Shown here: piece after piece, positions 39,407 to 48,092 of the stretch | Numbering within the stretch: position 1 is the first letter of the stretch | How the letters are laid out: the number at the start of each line of letters is the position of its first letter | Source of the DNA: an uncultured Verrucomicrobiae bacterium | GTDB taxonomy: Bacteria; Verrucomicrobiota; Verrucomicrobiia; Chthoniobacterales; UBA10450 | DNA length: 64,000 bases | NCBI GenBank assembly: GCA_963756875.1 | Contig: CAVWPA010000003.1 | Location: forward strand, 254,005-318,004 | Direction: 5' to 3' | Notes under the pieces: model-generated | Databases searched by the model: none | What the model saw: only the letters and a program-made list of their open reading frames with translations | Told to the model about the DNA's origin: nothing | Translations under genes and position numbers: made by a program

Positions 39407-41224
39407 TCACAGGCTTCGCGCAAATCCCGCCAGCTCCGTGGTCATCTCATAATGCAGAAACGGAGTGATCAAGTATACCCCTGGGAAATGCTCCAGTGCG
39501 ACGGTGATCATTCTCTTGGCCAGCATCATTCCGTAATCCCGCGCGCGCGACTCATCCAGCTTCGCCATTTCGGAGCGCACCGAATCGGAAACGATGATCC
39601 CCGGCACTTCGTGATGCAGAAATTCCGCCTGTCGCGCGCTGAGCAACGGCCAGACTCCCGTGAAAATCGGAATCTGCAGATGTGCAGTCCGCCGTTTCAT
39701 TTCTTTCACAAGAGCGGCGTCGAAAACCGGCTGAGTCATGGCAAATTGGGCGCCGGCCGCGACTTTGCGATCCAGCCGCTGCACCTGCGGGTCGAGGCTT
39801 TTCGCGTTCGGATTGAACGTGCACCCGATCACAAAATTCGTGGCCGCCTTGAGCGGTTTCCCCGCGTAGGTGAAACCCGCGTTGAGTTGCTTGATGATCG
39901 AGATCAATTCGATCGAATTGACGTCGTAAACCGAAGCCGCGCCCGGATGATCGCCCACTCTTGCGGGATCTCCGGTAAGCGGCAGCACGTGACGCATCCC
40001 AAGCGCAGCCATTCCGAGCAACTCGCTTTGCAATCCAATCACGTTGCGGTCGCGACAGCTCAAATGCAGCAGCGGCGTGATCCCGAAGCGTTCCTTTAAA
40101 ATCGCACCGACCGCCAGATTGCTGACCCGCAAAATTGCCAGGGAATTGTCTGCCAGCGTAATCGCATCGCAGCCTGCGCGAACGAGAGCCTGCGCCCCGG
40201 CGAGGTACTTCTCCAGCGCCAGTGTTTTGGGCGGATCCAGCTCGCAAATAATCGCGCGTTTTCCGCTCCGGATCTTGTCGACCAGACTTTCCTCCGGTTT
40301 GTGCTCTGTTTTTACCGGGACTCTCGACGGTTCGGCGATCGTGTGGACCAATTTCGATTTTACGGGACGCAGATCGGCAATCGCCTTCGCGACGGCCGCG
40401 ATGTGCGCCGGCGTTGTTCCGCAGCAACCACCGATCAAACGCGCCCCCTGGGCAGCCATCTCGCGCGCGGCATTGGCAAAATAATCCGGATCGGTCGGAT
40501 AAACGTAGCGCCCTTCCGTGTAACGCGGGTAGCCGGCGTTTGGATACGCTGCCAGTAAACCGCCGGCGGGAATTTTCTCGAGCAGTTGCAGCATCGCGTG
40601 CGGGCCATTCAGGCAATTTGCCCCGACGATCGAAGCTCCCAGCTCGCGGCTGCGTTTGAATGCATCCAATAGCGATATGCCCGACTGGAGGCGTCCGTCC
40701 GGCTCGCACGCGAAAAGCGATACGATGAGACAGTCACTCTTTGGCACCGCGCGCAGCGCGATTTCCATCTCTCCGAAATTCATGAATGTCTCGAAAAAAA
40801 TCAGATCGACGTTTCCATCGAGTAGCGCCGTGATCTGTTCGCGAAAGATTTCGCCGCGATCGATTCCGCGCTCCTCCGCCTCAATCCGGCTGATCCCGAG
40901 CGGGCCGACGCTACCGGCCACGCAAACGTGCTTGCCTTTCGCGGCCTGACGCGCGACCCGGGCCGCTGCCTTGTTGATCTCAGCAACGCGATTCTCAAAT
41001 CCAAATCGCGCCAGGCGAATCGCGTTGGCGCCAAAGGTGTCCGTCTCGATCACTCGGGAGCCGGCCGCGATGTATTCATCGTGAATTGCGCGAACACGAT
41101 CGGAGTCGCTGACGCAGAGCTCTTCCAGGCATCGATCGACCGGCACGCCACGATCGAGCAGCAACGTGCCCATCGCGCCATCGCCGCAGACGATTCGCGA
41201 CTCAAGTTCGTCGAGCAGATCCAT
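39407..41224 (-). CDS. bifunctional homocysteine S-methyltransferase-domain / 5,10-methylenetetrahydrofolate reductase fusion
   Basis: 605 aa. The N-terminal Hcy-binding domain ends GGCCGTTPAHI. The C-terminal half is MTHFR-like. Confidence 0.8.
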   Translation of the reverse strand: MDLLDELESRIVCGDGAMGTLLLDRGVPVDRCLEELCVSDSDRVRAIHDEYIAAGSRVIETDTFGANAIRLARFGFENRVAEINKAAARVARQAAKGKHVCVAGSVGPLGISRIEAEERGIDRGEIFREQITALLDGNVDLIFFETFMNFGEMEIALRAVPKSDCLIVSLFACEPDGRLQSGISLLDAFKRSRELGASIVGANCLNGPHAMLQLLEKIPAGGLLAAYPNAGYPRYTEGRYVYPTDPDYFANAAREMAAQGARLIGGCCGTTPAHIAAVAKAIADLRPVKSKLVHTIAEPSRVPVKTEHKPEESLVDKIRSGKRAIICELDPPKTLALEKYLAGAQALVRAGCDAITLADNSLAILRVSNLAVGAILKERFGITPLLHLSCRDRNVIGLQSELLGMAALGMRHVLPLTGDPARVGDHPGAASVYDVNSIELISIIKQLNAGFTYAGKPLKAATNFVIGCTFNPNAKSLDPQVQRLDRKVAAGAQFAMTQPVFDAALVKEMKRRTAHLQIPIFTGVWPLLSARQAEFLHHEVPGIIVSDSVRSEMAKLDESRARDYGMMLAKRMITVALEHFPGVYLITPFLHYEMTTELAGFARSL

Positions 41225-41242
41225 CGGAACTGTTTACTCTGC

Positions 41243-41271
41243 CTTGGCTCGATACTAAAACGTTTATTCGC
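41243..41271 (+). repeat. direct repeat copy 1 flanking the AT-rich spacer
   Basis: CTTGGCTCGAtactaaaacGTTTATTCGC. Compare with copy 2. Confidence 0.4.
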
Positions 41272-41531
41272 GGCTCTCGTTAAATGTTAAATGGAATAGA
41301 TCGCGCGCCCAGACTGGCCGCAAGCAAGCCCGCCAAGGCGCTAGCACAGGCGCAAAAACAGAAACTGTCGCCAGATTTCGGCGGTACATGGTCCCGTGTT
41401 AAACGAAGAGCCAGCAATTAGCCAACAAGTTCCAATAACTCCCAACAACCTTCGTCGTTTCGCAAATGTTCTAAGTTGTCTCTGTTTATTCGCACTGTTA
41501 TCAACATCATCCCACCCCTGCCGTAATGCCT

Positions 41532-41554
41532 CTTGGCTCGACCCGGTTATTCGC
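41532..41554 (+). repeat. direct repeat copy 2 flanking the AT-rich spacer
   Basis: CTTGGCTCGAcccgGTTATTCGC. A third TTATTCGC lies at 41486-41493. Confidence 0.4.
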
Positions 41555-41659
41555 ATCATTAAGAAGAAGAATAGATTAAGTAATTTATTAAATCAGCAGA
41601 GTACTAACCAATAACCCTTTCGCCGCACGCGGTTCTGACGCACCTTCGCAGTTTGACTG

Positions 41660-42445
41660 ATGCATCGCGTGCTTAATCCTGAGTCGGCCGATTCGTGCGC
41701 GCGAGGGCGCTGTGCGCTCGCCGTGATGACAAAAGCGCCCCGGGCCGGCAAGGTGAAGACGCGCCTGGTCCCGCCGCTAACGCACGAGGAAGCGGCGCAG
41801 TTGAACATCTGTTTTCTACGTGATACAGCTGCGGCAATTGCGCGGGTGTGTAATGGCGCTCAGGGGACACCGATTCTCGTAAGTGGTGTGGCGGTTTACA
41901 CGCCGGTCGGCGCCGAAGCGGCCTACGCCGATATCTTGCCGCCCGATTTCGAGCTTGTTTCACAGCGTGGCGACGCCTTTGGCGATCGGCTTGCGTTTGC
42001 GGTCGAAGATCTTTTTAAAATCGGCTTTGCCTCAGTCTGTTTGATCGATTCGGACAGTCCAACTGTGACGGCGGCGATGTACGCCGAGGCGGTCCGTGAG
42101 CTGGCCAACGCGGGAGATCGCATCGTGCTCGGGCCGTCGGATGACGGGGGATATTATTTGATTGGCTTGAAACAGTTCCGCCGCGAAATGTTTGAAGGGA
42201 TCGACTGGAGTACGGAGCGCGTGCTCAAACAGACAAAACAACGGGCGCTCGAGCTCGGTCTGGAGGTTAAATTATTGCCTGGCGGGTACGATGTGGACGA
42301 TCGCGTGACATTGCGTCGCTTATGCGAGGACGTTCTTAACAACAAATCCGAATTAGCAATCGATCGCGCTCCCAATACGACAGCATTTCTACGCGAGCTT
42401 GTCGCGCGCGGCGAAGGCGATAGGATTTGGCATGGTGACACATGA
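41660..42445 (+). CDS. DUF2064 family nucleotidyl/glycosyl-transferase-like protein
   Basis: 261 aa. The N-terminal AVMTKAPRAGKVKTRL motif is characteristic of DUF2064. Confidence 0.75.
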   Translation: MHRVLNPESADSCARGRCALAVMTKAPRAGKVKTRLVPPLTHEEAAQLNICFLRDTAAAIARVCNGAQGTPILVSGVAVYTPVGAEAAYADILPPDFELVSQRGDAFGDRLAFAVEDLFKIGFASVCLIDSDSPTVTAAMYAEAVRELANAGDRIVLGPSDDGGYYLIGLKQFRREMFEGIDWSTERVLKQTKQRALELGLEVKLLPGGYDVDDRVTLRRLCEDVLNNKSELAIDRAPNTTAFLRELVARGEGDRIWHGDT

Positions 42446-42499
42446 AGCTGGATCCCTCGCAGTAGTAGCCGCGTTAGCACTCCCTGGCCCTGGAGTTGA

Positions 42500-43621
42500 A
42501 TGAAACGAGCGCTCGTAACCGGGGGCGCCGGCCTGATTGGCTCGCACATAGCCGATCTGCTGCTCAGTGAAGGGTGGAAAGTTAGAATACTCGATAATCT
42601 CGAACCTCAAACGCATCGGCGTGGAAAGCCGCCGTGGATTTCCGACAAGGCCGAGTTCATCCAGGGCGACATACGCGACCGCGATGCCATCGCGATGGCG
42701 CTCGACCGGATCGACGTCGTCTTTCACCAGGCCGCTTACGGCGGCTACATGCCCGAGATCGCCAAATTCGTTCAAGTCAACTCGTTAGGCACCGCGCAAA
42801 TGCTGGAAGTCATTCGGGAAAAGAATCTGCCGATTAAGAAGATCATCGTCGCCAGCTCGCAGGCGGTTTATAGCGAAGGTGCGGGTATCTGCCCCAAACA
42901 CGGAATGCTTTTTCCACCAGTGCGTCCGCTCAAACAATTGCAACGAGGGGATTGGCAGGTCCATTGCCCAATCTGCGGCGCAGCGACCGAAAGCGCACCC
43001 ACGCCGGAGAATGCGCCTGTTGGCGGCGAAACAGTTTACGGTCTGACGAAGGTCGATCAGGAAAAGCTCGTGCTGCTCTGGGGAAAACAAGCAGGTATCC
43101 CTACTGTCGCGCTTCGTTACTCCTGCACATACGGACCGCGCCAGTCGATCTTCAACCCCTATACGGGTGTGATCGCGATCTTTTGCACACGTTTGCTCAA
43201 CGATTTGCCGGCTGTGCTTTACGAAGATGGCGAGCAAACGCGCGATTTTTCGTTTGTTGAAGACATCGCACGAGCGAACCTGCTCGCAGCCGGGACGGAA
43301 AAGCTCGACGGGTTGCCGGTGAATATCGGCTCGGGCAAAGGCACGACGATTCGGGAGATCGCGGACCTGCTTTCCGACGCGCTCGAGATTAGGATTACAC
43401 CTGAAATAAACGGCGAGTTTCGCCCCGGCGAGATGCGTCATCTGACGAGCGACACGGCGAGAGCCCGGGCGGCTGGTTACCAACCGCAGGTCGGTCTTAC
43501 GGAAGGAATCGGGCGCTACATCGATTGGATCCGAAAGCAATCCGACATCCGCGATTATTTCAGTGAAGCGGCCGATCTTTTGAGAAGCAAAGGGATTGTG
43601 CATCGGGCGAAAAGCGCATGA
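42500..43621 (+). CDS. NAD-dependent epimerase/dehydratase (extended SDR) with an inserted Cys/His zinc-ribbon-like segment
   Basis: VTGGAGLIGSHI, catalytic YGLTK, and an insert CPKHG..x24..HCPICG between them. Confidence 0.8.
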   Translation: MKRALVTGGAGLIGSHIADLLLSEGWKVRILDNLEPQTHRRGKPPWISDKAEFIQGDIRDRDAIAMALDRIDVVFHQAAYGGYMPEIAKFVQVNSLGTAQMLEVIREKNLPIKKIIVASSQAVYSEGAGICPKHGMLFPPVRPLKQLQRGDWQVHCPICGAATESAPTPENAPVGGETVYGLTKVDQEKLVLLWGKQAGIPTVALRYSCTYGPRQSIFNPYTGVIAIFCTRLLNDLPAVLYEDGEQTRDFSFVEDIARANLLAAGTEKLDGLPVNIGSGKGTTIREIADLLSDALEIRITPEINGEFRPGEMRHLTSDTARARAAGYQPQVGLTEGIGRYIDWIRKQSDIRDYFSEAADLLRSKGIVHRAKSA

Positions 43622-44619
43622 TTTCGACCGCGGCTCCGGATTTCAATGAGTCGATCGCAGCGTACGCCCGGAAGGATTTCCCGCTGTTACGTGTGACGCG
43701 CACGGTTGGCGAAGCTCTGGAGACGATCCGCCGCGAAGGCGTTGGCGAGCGGGTGATTTACTTTTACGCGGTGGACGAGGCCGGCCGGTTGGCGGGCGTA
43801 CTGCCAACGCGGCGTTTGCTGACTGCCGCTCCGGAGACACGACTGGAAGACATACTGGTGCGTCGCGTGGTTGCGATTCCGGCGAGCGCCAGCGTGCTCG
43901 ACGCCTGCGAATTCTTCGTGCTCTACAAGTTTCTTGCCTTTCCAGTCGTGGACGCAGAGCGGCGCGTGTTAGGCGTCGTGGATGTGAGCTTGTTTGCGGA
44001 GGAGGTTTTGGAAGCGGGGGAGCGCGAAGCCGCAGCGCCCGGGCGCGAGGACATTTTCGAAGCGCTTGGTTTTAGGCTGGCACAGGTGAGGGACGCGTCG
44101 CCGTGGCGTGTGTTTCGCTATCGGTTCCCGTGGCTCCTGGCGACCGTAGCGACTGGGACGGCGTGCGCGTTTCTGGCTGGCGCATTTGAGACCACGCTCG
44201 CCAGAAGTCTTATCATCGCATTTTTTCTTACAATGGTGCTTGGCTTGAATGAAAGCGTGAGCATGCAATCGATGACCCTGACCATCCATGCATTGCGCGC
44301 GATGCCGCTGCGGAGGAACTGGTTTTTGGGCGCGCTACGGCGCGAACTGATGACAGCGTTGCTGCTCGGCGTCGCCTGCGGTCTGCTCGTGGCTGCGATC
44401 GTCTGGTTCTGGCGCGGCGAACCGCTGAGTGCCGTGGTCGTCGGTGGCGCGGTCTTCCTCTCGTTGATCACGGCCGCGATCTTTGGCCTGAGCATCCCGT
44501 CTCTTCTTCATTGGCTGAAACTCGATCCAAAAATCGCCGCCGGCCCGGTCACCCTGGCACTGACAGATTTTTGCGCCCTGCTTTTTTATTTCACCATCGC
44601 GTGGCTGATCCTGAGATGA
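43618..44619 (+). CDS. MgtE-like divalent-cation transporter (CBS pair plus MgtE membrane domain, no N-domain)
   Basis: 333 aa. CBS-like VGEALETIRREG..VDEAGRLAGVLPTRRLL and 5 TM helices ending DFCALLFYFTIAWLIL. 4-nt overlaps on both sides. Confidence 0.7.
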   Translation: MISTAAPDFNESIAAYARKDFPLLRVTRTVGEALETIRREGVGERVIYFYAVDEAGRLAGVLPTRRLLTAAPETRLEDILVRRVVAIPASASVLDACEFFVLYKFLAFPVVDAERRVLGVVDVSLFAEEVLEAGEREAAAPGREDIFEALGFRLAQVRDASPWRVFRYRFPWLLATVATGTACAFLAGAFETTLARSLIIAFFLTMVLGLNESVSMQSMTLTIHALRAMPLRRNWFLGALRRELMTALLLGVACGLLVAAIVWFWRGEPLSAVVVGGAVFLSLITAAIFGLSIPSLLHWLKLDPKIAAGPVTLALTDFCALLFYFTIAWLILR

Positions 44620-45320
44620 ACACCGCCCAGACTACCGGCGTGTCTGTGATTATTCCGGCGCTGAACGAAGAGGAATCGATCGCGACCGTGGTGCGCGAAT
44701 GTCTGGCGACCGGCTTGCCTAACGAGGTCGTCGTTGTCGATAACGGCAGTACCGATGCAACCGCGGCACGCGCGCAGGCCGCCGGAGCAAAAGTGATGAG
44801 TGAGCCAAATCGCGGTTACGGCCATGCATGTCTTGCGGGAATTAGTGCGATTTCACCTGAATGTAAGATTGTCGTGTTCCTCGATGGCGACGGGAGCGAT
44901 TGCCCTGAGTTCATGAATCAACTGATCGGGCCCATCGTATCCGGCACGCACGATTTCGTGATCGGCTCGCGCACGCGCGGGCAACGCGAACCCGGCAGCA
45001 TGAATTTTCAGCAAATCTTTTCCGGACGAATGGCCGGCGCGATCTTGCGGCTGCTTTACGGGGTTCGTTACTCCGACATGGGTCCATTCCGCGCGATCCG
45101 CCGCCCTACCCTTGAGCAGCTCGAAATGCGCGAACCGACGTATGGCTGGAACATTGAGATGCAGATGAAAGCCGCGCGCGCGGGGCTGCGCATTCTCGAG
45201 GTACCGGTGAACCATCGTTGTCGATCCGGCGGTCAATCCAAGGTCTCGGGCACGTTGCGCGGCACTTTTGTCGCCGGGACGCGCATCATCACGACGGCAT
45301 TCAGAATCGCGCTCGAATAA
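44616..45320 (+). CDS. family 2 glycosyltransferase
   Basis: Start moved to MNTAQTTGVSVIIPALNEEESI (ATG 44616, ATGA overlap). DGDGSD (DxD) motif. Confidence 0.85.
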   Translation: MNTAQTTGVSVIIPALNEEESIATVVRECLATGLPNEVVVVDNGSTDATAARAQAAGAKVMSEPNRGYGHACLAGISAISPECKIVVFLDGDGSDCPEFMNQLIGPIVSGTHDFVIGSRTRGQREPGSMNFQQIFSGRMAGAILRLLYGVRYSDMGPFRAIRRPTLEQLEMREPTYGWNIEMQMKAARAGLRILEVPVNHRCRSGGQSKVSGTLRGTFVAGTRIITTAFRIALE

Positions 45321-45364
45321 TCAGCGCGCTTGGCATAAGCAGTTCTACAGCGCATGTTTGCGGC

Positions 45365-46921
45365 TTGAGCATTAGCGGAACGAAAGCGATTTTGGCTGGT
45401 TTGTTCGCCGGCCTTGTCGCTGCGATCGCGATGACCCTTGTGATGCTGCTCCTTGCATGCTTTGGCGTCGCGACACCGCTCACGCTTATTGGAGACCGGC
45501 TCACCGCGTTTATTTCGCCAGGGCCCTTCCTGTCGCTGATGGGGCGCGTCGGCGGCTACAATCATCTGAAACAACTCGGAGTGGGATCGACCATTGCCGG
45601 ACAGCTTATTGTCGGCGCAAGCGGCGGCGGAATTTTCGGCTTATTGATGCGCCGCAACCCCGGGCGTCACGTCACGGGCCTTACCATATCGATTTTCGTT
45701 TTGTTGCCGATTGCTGCCTTTATTCTTGGACTTTGGCCGGTCCTGGGAACCAGTTACCGCGGCCTTCCAATTGGTCCGGCGCGATTGGTCACGCTGATTG
45801 GATTTGCATTGAGCGTGTTCGCGTTCGAGCGAATGCTGGCCGGGGGATTTCGATATCTGATTCGGCCGCGCGTCGAAACGGACGATCGAGAATTCACGCC
45901 GGCAATCGGCCGGCGCGCGGTAATTTTGGGCGGACTCGGCTTGCTCGCGGCCGGAGGCGCAGCCGGATTACTCCGTAAACTTTATCGCGCCGCCGCCTTC
46001 AGTTATGACGGCACACAATACAAGGGGCGCATCGTCCAGGCAATCACGCCTAACGAGTTGTTTTATTGCGTGACCAAGAATGTGATCGATCCGCGCGTGA
46101 ACGTGCATCTTTGGCGTCTCGAAGTGAACGGGCTTGTGCAAAGCCCAATCACTTACGGCTTCGACGATCTGCAGGGATTTTCCATGGTCGAGCAGGAAAC
46201 GACGCTGATGTGTATCAGCAACGGGCTCGACGCCGGCCTCATGAGCAATGCAGTTTGGAAAGGCATCACCATGCGCGACCTGATCGACCCGGCGTCACCG
46301 CTCTCCGACGCTGCGCGGGTGCGAATGGTCGCCGTTGATAATTACAGCGATACGATACCGCTGGAGAAAGCGCTCGACCCGGCGACGCTGATTGCCTTCA
46401 AGATGAACGGTGTGCCCCTGCCGGATCGGCATGGTTATCCGGCGCGCGTCGTCGTTCCCGGTTACTTCGGCGAGAAACATGTGAAATGGCTGACCCGGAT
46501 TGAGCTGGCGCCCGCCGATGCGAAAGGCTTCTACGAAACACAGGGCTGGGGCCCGGACTTCATTGTGCCGACCCGTTCCCGTATCGACGTGCCGGATCAC
46601 GATGCGCGGTTCTCGCTGCGTCAGGTAAAAGCGCCGATTGAAGTGAAAGGCGTCGCCTTTGGGGGCGACCGCGGCATTTCGCGCGTCGAGTTAAGCGTTA
46701 ATGACGGCGACAGCTGGAACGACGCAAATATTTATTACAACGGCGGCGATCAGGCGTGGTCCCTTTGGAAATATAACTGGCAGCCTGAGGATGAGGACGA
46801 TTACACGCTTGTTGTGCGCGCGACGGACGGTGAAGGCGAGGTGCAGGAATGGGAGGAAGATCGCGGCCCTTTTTCGGGCGTGACCGGTTTCCATAAGATC
46901 GTCGTGTACGTCACGGCCTAA
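45365..46921 (+). CDS. membrane-anchored molybdopterin oxidoreductase (sulfite-oxidase fold with Moco dimerisation domain)
   Basis: About 6 N-terminal TM helices, then TLMCISNG.. and HGYPARVVVPGYFGEKHVKWLTRIEL. Start uncertain: TTG 45365 or ATG 45431. The track ORF from 45218 overlaps the GT2 gene. Confidence 0.75.
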   Translation: MSISGTKAILAGLFAGLVAAIAMTLVMLLLACFGVATPLTLIGDRLTAFISPGPFLSLMGRVGGYNHLKQLGVGSTIAGQLIVGASGGGIFGLLMRRNPGRHVTGLTISIFVLLPIAAFILGLWPVLGTSYRGLPIGPARLVTLIGFALSVFAFERMLAGGFRYLIRPRVETDDREFTPAIGRRAVILGGLGLLAAGGAAGLLRKLYRAAAFSYDGTQYKGRIVQAITPNELFYCVTKNVIDPRVNVHLWRLEVNGLVQSPITYGFDDLQGFSMVEQETTLMCISNGLDAGLMSNAVWKGITMRDLIDPASPLSDAARVRMVAVDNYSDTIPLEKALDPATLIAFKMNGVPLPDRHGYPARVVVPGYFGEKHVKWLTRIELAPADAKGFYETQGWGPDFIVPTRSRIDVPDHDARFSLRQVKAPIEVKGVAFGGDRGISRVELSVNDGDSWNDANIYYNGGDQAWSLWKYNWQPEDEDDYTLVVRATDGEGEVQEWEEDRGPFSGVTGFHKIVVYVTA

Positions 46922-46981
46922 GATCGAGGCGCCGATTGCCGCCAGTTGGAAACTTGCCCAGTTCCAGTTAGTCTCTTGCTC

Positions 46982-48092
46982 ATGACGTCGCTGTGGGACC
47001 AGGCAAATCCGCAGTTGCGCGATCTTGCGGTTTACGAACCGGGGAAGCCGATCGAAGAAACGGCGCGAGAGCTCGGAGTCGATCCGGCCGAAGATCATCA
47101 AACTGGCTTCCAATGAGAACCCGTTGGGGCCGTCACCGAAAGCGGCCGCGGCAATGCGCGACGCAATTGCCTCCGCGCATCTTTACCCGGATGGCGGCGG
47201 GTTTTATTTGCGCGAGGCCCTGGCGGCCAGGCTCAATCTCGCCAGGGAAAATCTTATCCTGGGGAACGGCTCGAACGAGGTGATCGAATTTGTCGGGCAC
47301 GCGTTTCTCAAACCCGGCGACGAGATCGTTGCATCGCAATACGCTTTCATCGTTTACAAGCTCGTTGCGAAACTTTTCGACGCGCGTGTTATCGAAACGC
47401 CAAGTCCGGATTATCGGCACGATCTTGAGGCGATGTTCGCTGCGATCACCCCGAAAACGAAAGTCGTTTTTATCGCCAACCCCAATAATCCCACCGGGAC
47501 ATTGATTCCGCAGGCCGAGATCGACCGCTTCGTCACGCGCGTTCCGGAGCGCGTCATTGTCGTTTTCGACGAAGCGTATTTCGAATTTCTCGATCACCCG
47601 CCGGACACGCTTCAGTACGTTCGCGAAGGCCGGAACGTTATGGTCGTGCGCACCTTTTCAAAAATTCACGGCCTGGCCGGTTTGCGAGTCGGTTACGGAA
47701 TGGCACGGGCCGAGCTGATCGAGGTACTCCAGAAAACGAGAGAACCGTTCAACGTAAACAGCATCGCACAAATCGGCGCGCTCGCGGCGCTTGACGACGA
47801 AGACCACCAACGAAAAACGAAAAGTGTTGTCGATGCCGGTCGCGCTTATCTGGAGGAACAATTCAACAGGATGAAGGTTCGTTTCGTCCCGACGACGGCG
47901 AACTTCATCATGGTCAACGTCGGTGATGGACCGGCGGTTTTTAAAAACATGCTCGCCCGGAAAATCATCGTGCGCCCCCTCAAAGGTTACAAATTGCAGG
48001 AGTGGGTCCGGATCACGATTGGTACAATGGAGGAAAATCGAAGGTGCGTCACGGTGCTGGAGGAAATCCTTCCGAAACATCGCGAACATTGA
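46982..48092 (+). pseudogene. hisC: histidinol-phosphate aminotransferase with an apparent +1 frameshift at about 47088-47094
   Basis: The conserved N-terminus MTSLWDQANPQLRDLAVYEPGKPIEETARELGVDPAE is in frame 46982. The rest (IIKLASNENPLGPSP... to the end) is track ORF 47025..48092. An extra A in GAAG would explain the shift. Confidence 0.8.

Noticed and set aside
39552-40709. 385-aa minus-strand ORF in another frame of the methyltransferase/MTHFR gene
   Set aside because: The sequence is extremely Arg/Gly/Ala-rich with no motifs, while the overlapping frame has clear domain signatures.
41225-41420. SAM or THF riboswitch upstream of the methionine/folate fusion gene, and a cobalamin or TPP riboswitch upstream of the TonB-dependent receptor (63429-63611)
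   Set aside because: I could not find the conserved cores by eye (SAM-I GAGGGA/GCAACC/GUGCUAA, the B12 box GCCACUG, or the TPP CUGAGA). This needs an Infernal scan to be sure.
41225-41659. oriC hypothesis (AT-rich region, mnmG and mnmE nearby, DnaA-box-like TTATCAACA and TTATTCGC)
   Set aside because: There is no perfect TTATCCACA box, dnaA/dnaN are not adjacent, and the repeats are all in one orientation. The evidence is too weak without GC-skew data.
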